In this document: positions 10,512-21,429 of the stretch, piece by piece
How the letters are laid out: each line of letters begins with the position of its first letter
How positions within the stretch are numbered: the first letter of the stretch is position 1
From: Trichinella spiralis
Taxonomy: Eukaryota
DNA length: 22,942 nucleotides
Assembly (NCBI RefSeq): GCF_000181795.1
Contig: NW_003526941.1
Span: 8,730,140-8,753,081, forward strand
Direction of reading: 5' to 3'
Notes under the pieces: model-generated
Told to the model about the DNA's origin: nothing
Seen by the model: only the letters and a program-made list of their open reading frames with translations
Database searches by the model: none
Position numbers and translations under genes: made by a program

Positions 10512-12933
10512 TTAAAGTTCATCTTTTTCGAGATCAATGTCACTGACGTCGATATCGTCCACTTGTGGAAGCTGAAATAACAATTTACAACACACAATAA
10601 ATTTCTGTTTTTTTTTTGGTTAAATTAGAAATTTTCGTACTTCGCCATCTTTTCCATCCCAAGGAGACGTTTCGACAATAGCAGGAAGTTGGGCACCTTT
10701 CACGGGTGCAGTTGATCCTCGACCGTATGAAAGCTCCCTGAAAGCACAGTGCACACGCAAGATACACATTTGAAAAGAAAAGCTAGAAAAAATTAATAAT
10801 TTTCAAACCTTAAAAATTCCGTTATTCCATCTTTGCTGAACGATCCGCGCAGAAGCGCAAATTTCATCTTACGTGCATTGATCGCAGCGAGAGCCTGAAG
10901 AAAAATCAACAAATTGAAATATGATCAAAATTTCCATCACGTCAGATCGAAAAATTACAGGATATCCGAATCCGCCAAGACCTAGTGATTCTTCAAGTGC
11001 CGTCTGGGTAGTGGCCTCAGTCCAGAGCCATCTTGAAAAGCAAACACATCATCAGCTTACTCCTGCGTAATGCTACTAACACAATGATTATTGAAATGTC
11101 CAACATACCCCCACATGTTCTTTTTGAAGCGTTCGCCTAGCTGTTTCAACATGTTCAAGTAGTCGTTTCGACATTTCGCTTGGCAGTCGAGAATGTACGG
11201 CAACACGGCAATTATGCAGAGTTGCTTTGTTTCGCAAGCCTCTTTCAAATCTTCATTTTTCAACAGCTGAAATGATTTTACGGTAAGTTTCGTTTGACGA
11301 ACATTTTCCACTGTGCTATTATTATTTTCTTCTTTTTAATCTCATTCACATTTAAATTAATTACCTGTTTAATTTCAGGAGGTGGAGCGTTTTCCGCCAA
11401 TTTATCCATAGCCCACTGTACTATGTCACTCGAAGAACGACCACCGGTATAGTCTACTACATCTTCGTCAAGTCTCTTTGATCCAGCGGGAAACATTTTT
11501 ATGGTAGGGAATCCTGCAATCTAAAACAAGGTGTTGTTGAGATTATCGATATAAAACTTCAGTATACAGCAACAAGCTTACTCCAAAGCGCTGGGCCGTT
11601 GCTGAGTTTACAGTAGCGTCAATGGCAGCTACTTTCACTTTTCCTTTAAGCTGAGTTGCTGCAGAAGCCCAATGCGGTTGGAGGTTCTTGCAATGACCGC
11701 ACCAAGGTGCATAGAATTCCACCAACCACATGTCATCACTTGATGTGATCATGCTGTCAAAGTTAGCATCATTCAACTGAATGACATCGTCCGAGCTACC
11801 CTAAAGTAAAAATCAAATCAATTCAACTCTTCTTGCAGAAAAAGGCTACCGAAAAGTATAATGTTCATGCTTAATTATCAGATAAGGATTCTGTAATTCA
11901 TATTGTTTCATTTGAAACACGGACTTATAAGTCATCATGATAAAATGCTGTGCACAACTGAGTGCTACTGTTCGAAAAGAACTTACGGAAGAAGATTGTT
12001 TCGACCCAGAACGTTTCCCCGTTAATCTATATTGAACAATTTTCTTCAGTTCGTTGAATGCTGCATCAACAACAGCCTGAGCAGTTCGACTTCCTGAAAC
12101 CACTGCATCTCAGTATGTGGCCAAAGTATAAAGACAAATTGTAAAATACCTTGAAATTCTGTTGGCTTTTGCTTGTCAGCCCCAAAAATTTTTACAGTAG
12201 GAAATCCGCTGATACCGTAAGGCGCACCGACGTTTGCGTGTTGATCCATGTTCACTCCACCAACGTTTACAATGCCCTGCATAAATGAAGACCGTTAGCC
12301 AGGATAGTAATTTAACAAGACTAATACCTTCAAAGCTTTGGCAGCCTTCGCATATTCGCTAGCGAATGCTTTACAATGACCACACCTGACATGACAAAGA
12401 ATATTTATTAAAATGGTTAAATGAATATGCCGCCGACACTTGCCATGGAGCGTAAAATTCGACGACCCACACACTATCGCTATTTATAACTTTACTTTGA
12501 AAGTTTGAAGTAGTCAAATCAACGACATCACTGCTTCCATCGTACAAAGCTGATGTGCAAAGAAATACTCCTAAACAACACGCCTATATCTGATAAACGG
12601 TAACAGCAATGCATTTCGGTGTCGATTAAGTTTTACCACAAAGTAAACAGAAAGTGTCATGTAGGAATATCAGAGGATGGTTGTAGTGAACATTATTACG
12701 TTCAACACCGAAGGCTACTCCGTAATTATTTTCCTCACATATTATTTACTTCTTTGATAAAAAAAGAAGTACCAAGAAGTGAGGCACGAAAGTAATAAAT
12801 TAGAAAACTGAATTTTATAATACACCTACGCGGTAAATCAGACAATTACTTCTTACTGTACAGCATAGCACAAGAAAAAAAACAATTTCAACTGAACGAA
12901 ACACTCACCGAACAACAGTCCAATAAACATCAT
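10512..12933 (-). CDS. PDIA6: Protein disulfide-isomerase A6 (P5), ~430 aa
   Basis: Exons (-): 12933-12909, 12570-12444, 12385-12328, 12276-12150, 12093-11987, 11800-11582, 11520-11365, 11266-11109, 11031-10959, 10894-10809, 10737-10641, 10571-10512 (1293 nt). Signal peptide [16 protein letters not shown], two [11 protein letters not shown] thioredoxin domains, P5 C-domain ([39 protein letters not shown]), C-terminal KDEL-stop. Confidence 0.96.
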
Positions 12934-13026
12934 GGCGAAGTCGATACGCAAGAGAACAACCAAAAGAACACTACAACTCCAGCAGGCAATAAATAAATAC
13001 GACCTCAGCCAAGAAGACACTGATAA

Positions 13027-13059
13027 CGTGTACTATTCCGATTGGCTGAGCTGACGTGT
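13027..13059 (-). promoter_or_regulatory. ERSE-like element (CCAAT-N9-ACACG) plus UPRE-like TGACGTG upstream of PDIA6
   Basis: The minus strand at 13045-13027 reads CCAAT CGGAATAGT ACACG (ERSE consensus CCAAT-N9-CCACG, one mismatch). The plus strand at 13052-13059 reads TGACGTGT. Both lie ~95-125 nt upstream of the PDIA6 ATG. Confidence 0.6.
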
Positions 13060-15443
13060 GATTAGGTACTACAGTCAAAACAAAATGCAGGTACGATGAA
13101 ATTTTTTTGAAAATTGTTCAGAAAATAAAAAAAAATAAATTTCTTAAAAACAGTTATAATGCAGTAATTATGTTAAATATAAAAATATAATACTTTTATG
13201 AGAATAATTTGTTTCCCATTACGATAAAAATAGGTTTACAAAAAATTGTGAAATTTAAATGAAAATAGCATTACAGTCGAATTAGTTCATGACTTTCGTT
13301 TTTTGAATTTTTTTTTCTTTCATTTAAATACGAATTATTAAAATTATTTGATAGAGAAGTCGACAATAATTAGACAAAGCAGGCTTCATTAAGTACAGGA
13401 TCTATATTATTTGTGGAATAGATGAACACTTTTTGTTGGCAAATTGTCTGACAGCATGGAAAAATATAAATTTGTGTTTACGCTGAACTGAGCTGCATGG
13501 CAGTTTAATGGTTTTCATTTATGCTTCATCAAGCATTCAGATTTTTTTCATCATGGTAGCATCCAGCAATACGGGAGGGAAAATAAGTGGTACATTTTTG
13601 TTAGCTTCGTTTGTAAAAATCAGCATGACGCGTTGTCCCGGATCAGTATTTCCACAGACACAAAACACCGCAAAGAAACGAACTTTATTTTTCATCACTT
13701 TATTGTTTGACTTTATCGGCTTATGAAATGGTTATGAAGCGGCTTTGTCAATTAAAAGTTATGGTGATGTACAGCTTTTTTTTAGGAAAAGAAATTTCTC
13801 TTTATCCGCTTCTGTGTTTTGTGAACATCATCTTTGTAGTTTGAAAGAATGATCGAAATCAAATTGACTATAAAACATAGGTAATTAAAGATTTAAATTT
13901 TTTTAAATTTGACAATTGTTGTTCAAAAATTAATGTTCTAGATACCTTCCGTTTGTTAAGTATTACTGCCAGCGCGTATCAAAATGGAAAATGATTGACA
14001 AGTATGGTTGATGGGCAAATTGTTTTATCTTATGGGTAAAACTGTATAGCTGTTTTTTATTTACAGCATGATAAAAGCATACTTGGTTTGTTAACTACTG
14101 CTACTGCATTTCTGATTTTATTTTTTGCATTGCGCTTTACTTGGAAGTGAATTTTTGCTTTCATCTTTATTTATTCAGTTATAATGCATGTTTTGTAATG
14201 AACATTGGGGATTGTTTTCGAAATTTACGATTTGCAGCGTTTTATTTAACCTATTTTTTCAGCATGCACTGCTTCTGATCCTATGCCATATTAAACAACA
14301 ATAAAATATGCAGCAAGTCGATTGTGCCAATTCTCTTCCCCATTTTGCTTCAACATGAATGCGAAAATTTAAATATTAATATTTTAATAATAATTTTATG
14401 GTAATTTGTAAGATTCATAGTGAAATGGAATTTTTATATGCTTGTTTTCTTGTTAGTGAATAAAAATTTACAGTATGTTGAAAGTTACAGTATGAAGCAT
14501 ATTTTTAAAAGATAATGTATAAATTAGTTAATAATTGTATTTCTAAGCTTTAAAAGTTGTTATATTTATATTAATATACGTTGCAAAATATTTTTTAATG
14601 GTAAACTTTTGTGATTCATTGACTTAAACTTGATTATATACAGTAGTTTGTTGACCTATTGTTTTTAGCACTTTATGAAATAAGTTCTATATTATGGTTT
14701 TTATCTTATGGAAAGCATTTATTTATCATTACAATTGTAATTTCAACTGTATAGTATTTAATCAAAACTAATACAACTTTCTTGTTTAATGAGCTGCGGC
14801 CACATAAATTTTCATGGTAATCAATATACTGGTCAAGGCCTTTGTTGTATTTATAACTGATTGCCGCATGTAATATTTTATGCGCATTTTGAAAATGGGC
14901 TGGACATGTAATGTAGCATACATTTGATTGTTATAAACGATTTTCAGAATTATGTAAATATTTTTGTATTTTCACTGCTTAATGCGCAATTTATTAAACG
15001 CTTTATGCATCAGCAGTTTGTTGAGATTTGCAAACAGTAAACAATACTAGTAGTAGCGCATATTGAAAAGCTACAATGTTAAATTATTTTCTTCTAACAA
15101 AGAAAAAAATAATGCTGTTTCAAAATAATTTAGTTTACTTTTTTCTGTAAGTTTTAAAAGCAAACGTTAGATAATCGTCTGTTCTATGCGAAATCTTGTC
15201 GTGTTTTGTCGAGATAATTTTTTTTAATAATAGCTTTGTGGTGTGCATATTTAACAGTAGTGTTCTAGTAATGAAAGAATTAATAAAATAAGAAAGGAAT
15301 TTTGATGTAAAAAATATTAGTTTGCTTAATTACAGTATAACTTAAGATAAACAGATTTCATTTAAACAGTAAGAATAGTTGTACCTGATTTTCATTGGTT
15401 TTTACTGTACAATTGGCAATAGTTTTTAGTGTCCTCCTAAAGC

Positions 15444-18400
15444 ATGGGTGATGTGGGTGGCCTAGAAAAACTATTGAATAGTGAGGTGGACGAAGCTGCT
15501 TTAAAGCAGATATCAGGAACATTGAAATCTGAGCTGATTTCTCCACAGAAATCGCAGGTTGGAATGCCATCTACTCTGTCGTCGATAAATACTAATTTTG
15601 TTTATCAGAATGGTCCTGCAAGTCAAGCCTTGTGGAAGCCGAATATCACGGTTTCTTCTGAATTACCTTCTGTTATAAACAGTGTGTCACTGAAGGATGC
15701 TGTAAGTAATGTCAACGGTGGCAGAGGCGAGAGAACACCGCTCATTCAACAATCGCATTCACGTACTGTCAGCCCTGGACCGGCGCGTAGTTATTTTCGC
15801 ATCGTTTCAAATGTTGATGGGAATACAAATGGATCTCAAAGTTCTGAAAATATGGCTTCCTCTCGGAGAAGACTTGAATCTACCGACGTGAAGCCAATTA
15901 TTCAAGCTACTTTGCAGAGTACTTCTCGTTCGGGCAATGCTACTGAACAGAATTCTTCTGCAATGTGTTCATTAAATAGGACATCTCAGTCACCACTGAG
16001 TTTCATGCGAACAACGAATCTCATGCCTGGGAATTTACCACAGCCCCGTTTTAATGGAGCTGCACAAGTTACATCTTTGGAAAAATCTTTGACAACGCCT
16101 GCTACGATAGCTGTTTGTGGCGTTGACTTGCGTCAGCGAACGCCTCTGTTGCAAAACTCGGTAAGTAAAATATTACTTTTCGGTGAAGTTTTCAATGATA
16201 ATTTTCTAACAGATTTAATTATTATTATTTACGATATGAAATCGAATAGTTTTAATTGTGTATTGTTTATCATGTCTAGTATGCTTGTTTTTTAATTGTT
16301 TTCTTACTTTCACTGTTTAGTTGTGGTAGCATTTTTCTGAAATTTATTTACCATTCAACTTATACCTGTTAGATTATAAATCTGTGCATGAATCACTAAT
16401 TGTGTATCATGTGTTAACAAGTGAATAAATCTGTGAATTTATAAATTGGCTACTGTTTCAGTAATGTTTTTAATTTACCTAAAGCGACATGAATTGATTT
16501 CGCATCGAATTGTTTATTGCACGCCACAAATAGTTTTCGCACTAATTGATTCATTTAAATTATTTGAAAACAGAAAAAGTTATTTGCATACATGTTTTTT
16601 TATTTGGCATTAGACGTTGCAAACGCAAAGCATTAGTCAGGGTATCTCGACTGCACAAACCGGCATAGCTCCGAAAACAGCGGCAACGATTTTGCGTACT
16701 ACTACGGGTCAGTTGGTATTGGTTACTGGCGGAGCATCTTTGCCTGTTCAAGTAAGCAATTTTTTTGTATTTTATTTTCCAAATTTAACGTGGATATTTT
16801 AACAACATTTTTCTTACCTTTTTTTCATTGATATTATTATTTATGCTTTGCATTTGAGATTCAGATGAATTCAGTTAGCAGGACTTTTATTTTGTTTAAA
16901 TAATTGTTCCTGCTTAACTGTGCAAATAGTTTTATTTATTTTGTTTTGGACATTCTTACTTTTGTCTTTTATTATTATGCAGCCGGTGGCAAATAATATG
17001 CATGCATTGCAATTGTAAATGAAACGGTGGGAAATTCGAAAACAGTTCTATTTTTTTGTTCCTGTTTTGTAGTTTTTTTCACTTTCAAATTTGTTCATTT
17101 TGAGTGAATGTTAGTATGATTGAGAGTTGACAGATGATAATCAGTTGTGATTACTGTAAATAACGAAAGCGAACACTTGGACAATGGAAGAATATTGTTT
17201 AATTCATCCGATTTGAGCAGTTAAATTGAATTAAAGTAACATCACATATGTGGATGTTTTTTTTATTCTTTGCTGTTTTTGATTTTGATAAGTAGGCGAA
17301 CAACTTTGTTGAGGTCGTTGAAATGATCTGTTTGAGCAATTTTAACATGATGACTAGTGAAAAATGCTTTCATAAACATTTGAAGGACTTTTCAGATAAC
17401 GATGGAAATGAATTCTGTTCATTTTTATACAATAATGAATAATAAACTTTTCAAAATTGTTGATGTGGACTTTTTTATACTTATCTTACCAATTAGAGTT
17501 TGATCCAAACATTGTCATAGTAAACTTTAATCCTGTGGTTGTGTGCGAAATTCTCTGGCTGTTATAGAACAAACAGTTGGTCAGTTTATGAAGTTTTGGG
17601 AATGGAAGAAGTTTCTCAAAGTGCTTTGAAAATATTAAATAATTGTAATTAAAATGTGAATGAAATGATAGTCGATTTTAGGGTAAACTTTTTTTGATAA
17701 CACTTATTCAGAGTTACACGTTGTTGTATGTTATTTTGTTGTGATCTACTGTTTAAGTTATTTTTGTATTAGTAGTAGATTTTTAAAGTTGTTGTTGTTT
17801 GTACCGTTGCTGCTGATTTTTGGAATTTTATTGAAAAAATTTTTATTGTTTAAAATAATGCAGGTAAAGTCGGAACTACCAATTCAAACGATCGTTGTCA
17901 GCTCATCCCAACCGAAACAGACTACTAGCTCGGTTACTGCGCAGCATCATTCTTCGACAATTGTCCATACTTCGTACATGCAGCAACGACAGCCTGTATC
18001 GACATCGTCAACTCTTGCCTCTGGTTATCACCACGGTTCTCAGAATCAAAGTGCTCCAGCACCAACGCCCGCTGGAAATTCAACTCCAATTTCCCTGGAC
18101 CAAGGCGAGAAGAAGTGCATGAGCTTTTTAAAAACCCTCATCCGACTTGCCAAAGACAAGGGCAATCCGAGCGTCATCAACGAAGTCAACAGGCTTGTCC
18201 GGGATTTGTTGGTAGATGAACCACATCACCGAGCTTCGTTGGATTTGTCGGGGAAAATTTTTTTTTATTTTTTTGTAGATGTCCAAGATTAGCCCACCTG
18301 CATTTACCAGTCGAATTCCTGCGGTGCTAAATTCAAAACCGCAAGCAAATTTGCTGCCATTTCTCGAAGTCTTTATAACTTTTTGATTATTTTTTTATTC

Positions 18401-20305
18401 ATTTGATTAATTGAAATTAATTTAGTCTGTTTTGCCATCTGTTCAACGAGAATTTTCAGCCGGAAATCTGGTCATTGAAGGCTTGAATGATACAGAAATC
18501 CACCCGACGAATGCTTCCAATTGCGCACATCCTTCACCAAAGACGTCGCCGAATTTTTTCAGCACGCCATCTCGTACTGTGTCGATCTCAACATCGCAAC
18601 CAACGCAGCAACATCAGCAACAGCATCTTGTTTGTCCAGCGGTCTCCACCAATTCTGGAGCCGCTTCGGCAAACATATCCGGTCCATATATTGTAGCTAC
18701 TCCAGTGAACGTGAGACCAATGGCGGGTAACATGGGCTTGCACCAAGGCGGCGTTCAGGTGCATCAACAGTATCCATCGGTGGCTCATCAGCTGAGTTCA
18801 TGCCAGCCGACATCTGTGGAAATGCCATTCAGGCCTGCACCGTTGCCGACACAACCGTCATTTGTTTCCGAAATTATAAACACTCAGGACAAAAGCACTG
18901 CCGTTGCAACTGCTGCTAACAGTCGGACCTCTCCAGCTATTAATGGCAGCAGCAGCATAGCGCTGAGTTCTCAATCATTGCTGTCAGCAACGCCACAACA
19001 CCAGCAACAACAACAACAACAACAACAACAACCTCAGATACTACTACAACAACAGCAACAACCCTCAGCTGATTCTGGAAAATCACATTCCGTTTCGACT
19101 GTGACGGAAAAGTGAATTACTGTTTTATTTTATTTTTTCAGTTTACATTTATTTATTCATTCACATGCGTGTATATTTCGCAGAGAACCTGAGGATGATA
19201 TTAATGATGTAGCAGCGATGGGAGGTGTGAATTTAGCCGAAGAATCGCAAAAAATACTTGCCTCTACAGCGGATCTGTTCAGCACGGAGATGCAAAGTTG
19301 TGGTCCAGAGCCGACGTTTTTGGACCTCTCCAGCTTGCAAGAGCGAATGCAAGCCAGTTGCTCAGGCGTGAATGTTGAGAGCTTCCAGCCGGACTGTTGT
19401 CAGCTGTTGTCAATAGCTTGTGAAACTCGCCTCCGCGGTTTGTTGGAAAAGATGTGCGCAGCAGCTGAACATCGGACTGAAAATTTGCGCGTGAGTATAC
19501 ACATACCCTTTGAGGATTACCTGAATTTTTTAAATTTGATTTTACTCTATTTTTTTTTGAAAAAAACTTATTTTGATTTCAGACGAATCCATTTTATTAT
19601 CAAGTATCGGATGTCAGGGGTCAGTTGAGGTTTTTGGAACATCTGAATGAGCAGTGTCAAAAGAGGCGTGGCGAAAGGGAGAGGGAATTGCTGTTCCGTA
19701 TGGCGAAAAGTCGCTCATCGAAAATTGGTGATTCGGAACAGCAGCGGATCAAAGAGCGCGCTAAAGAGGCAAGCTAAAGCAAATTTTACTCGAATATTAT
19801 CCCTCCAGTGTTTATTAATTGCTTTCGGTCATGCATGCGGTTTGTTAATGGGGTTTGTTGTTTTGTTCAGCTGCAAAAGGCAGAACAAGAAGAACTGAGA
19901 AACCGCAGTGCGAATGCAGCTGCTCAGGCGGCTTTGGCTTCATCCAGGAAGCGTCCATTGCAGCAAACAGCCGGTGCGTCCGATTCTCAGCAGCCAGTTG
20001 CCTTGGGTGTATTTGGGGCGAACAGTGGCAGCTTCTCCTTGGGCACGGCAACCAATTCGGCCGAAGGTTTGATTCGATTTCAGGTGACTATTTTTGTTTT
20101 ATTTATTATATGTCGAACTTTTGTTTGTCTTATTGTAATATATTGATAATTATATATTATTATTATTATTATTATTTGTTTTTATGTTCAGTCGACCACG
20201 CGTCCCAGGATGAAGCGTATCAATTTGAAAGATTTTCAGTTCGTCTTGCGCACGGATCGCTATGCAAAATATTCAAAAGTTTTGATCGAATCTGAATTTA
20301 AATGA
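15444..20305 (+). CDS. TAF4: Transcription initiation factor TFIID subunit 4, ~932 aa
   Basis: Exons: 15444-16160, 16614-16751, 17864-18211, 18279-18368, 18426-19111, 19184-19490, 19583-19768, 19871-20083, 20192-20305 (2799 nt). N-terminal LLNSEVDE motif, TAFH domain ([14 protein letters not shown]...[14 protein letters not shown]), [17 protein letters not shown], histone fold ([13 protein letters not shown]), [11 protein letters not shown], and C-terminal [11 protein letters not shown]. Extra small exons in the long introns cannot be excluded. Confidence 0.93.
19002..19061 (+). repeat. CAA/CAG trinucleotide repeat encoding polyglutamine in TAF4
   Basis: CAG(CAA)9 at 19002-19031 and a second Q5 run at 19047-19061, both in frame in TAF4 exon 5. 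Confidence 0.9.
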
Positions 20306-20471
20306 TCATCTCATCCATCTTTTCCTGTACTGTAATGACTGTTTCCTGTTGTTCAGCCGTTCATGTCAATATACCTATACGAGATTGTTGAAGAACACAA
20401 CAAGCATGCAGGATAATGCTAGTTACGTAATTTCAATTTTGACGACTGTGGACTGACTATACATACATATC

Positions 20472-20499
20472 TTTATTTATTTATTTATTTATTTATTTA
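20472..20499 (+). repeat. (TTTA)7 microsatellite in the TAF4 3' region
   Basis: Seven perfect TTTA units read directly from the sequence. Confidence 0.9.
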
Positions 20500-20731
20500 T
20501 ATATGTTTTGATGATCTGTACATCGCGCATTTTTCATCATCCCCCACTGAGAGTAAGAAAATTTTTCCCCGTTTATTTTTGGCGCCAATCATGCATGCGC
20601 ACACAGTATAATGTCAGTTGTGTGCGATGAAAAATATTTTTTCTTTGTTTCTGAATTTTGTTGTTGTTGTTGTTGGTAAGCACTGTTGCGTGGCGTCTTA
20701 AGGCGGTTGATATCAAGTGAATCCCGACTTT

Positions 20732-20754
20732 CAAACAAACAAACAAACAAACAA
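20732..20754 (+). repeat. (CAAA)5+ microsatellite
   Basis: caaacaaacaaacaaacaaacaa read directly from the sequence. Confidence 0.8.
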
Positions 20755-21386
20755 GGTAAAAACAGCTCTCCATTATGTACAAGTTCTATTGAACTGATTA
20801 AATAATAATAAAAAGGAAACCTTTTTTTCTCTTTGTTTCTTGCTTACCACAGAATTTTTATCTTTCGGACGGAAACGTTTTTATTTTGCATTGTATTTAT
20901 TTATTTATTTGATTTGTTTTGCGGACGAAGTTGCATGGAAAAAGAAATTCGATGCTTGGGCTTATAATTTTGATTTTCTTGTTAAGAGGAACAATTTTGA
21001 CAACGCATCGAAGTAATTTGAATTATAAAGTGATGATCAAGTGCCGTTTTGTTCTGTATTGCTTAAGCAAAAGCAGTTGTTTCCATAATTTTACGAAGAG
21101 CACGTGTTTGAGAAAAAGAACTCAGAATTTCAATTTTCCACAATTATATTATCATTAGAGAAAGATGAGTAGAAAAGTGGTTCACGCGTGGGGGTAAATA
21201 GCTGCAACGTATGAGAATAAATAGGCGACGTTGAATTTTATTGAATAATACCGTCAGACAGAGTGACTAAACATGCAAGAAGCTGTCAGTCAGTCAGAGT
21301 ATCATCAGAAGTACAAATCGCATCAGATCCAGTTACAGATGTATTTCTACACTGTGGCCAAGTGTGCAGCTTTGGACCAGTCGACT

Positions 21387-21429
21387 TCAGGCCAGCACGT
21401 GGCGGTTCAGCGAGTCGTCATCATTTTTA
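21387..21429 (-). CDS. Possible terminal coding exon of an unidentified minus-strand gene
   Basis: On the minus strand, a pyrimidine tract and CTGACAG acceptor (ending 21430) precede (T)AAA AAT GAT GAC GAC TCG CTG AAC CGC CAC GTG CTG GCC TGA = KNDDDSLNRHVLA*. The stretch is GC-rich, with minus-strand AATAAA at 21242-21237. No upstream exon was recognised in the window. Confidence 0.3.

Noticed and set aside
13620..13698. Minus-strand GTGATGA...CTGA box C/D-like segment
   Set aside because: Weak terminal stem, no C' box and no recognisable rRNA/snRNA complementarity. These short motifs are frequent in AT-rich DNA.
13508..13726. 72-aa plus-strand ORF and overlapping 52-aa minus-strand ORF
   Set aside because: No homology recognised and no splice structure linking them to a gene.
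16983..17014. Possible cassette or poison exon in TAF4 intron 2
   Set aside because: The acceptor is good, but the donor is weak and the 32-nt length breaks the frame. It cannot be supported without transcripts.
41..20305. U12-type introns, prompted by the ZMAT5-like gene
   Set aside because: No modelled intron has an RTATCCTT donor or a TCCTTAAC branch site.
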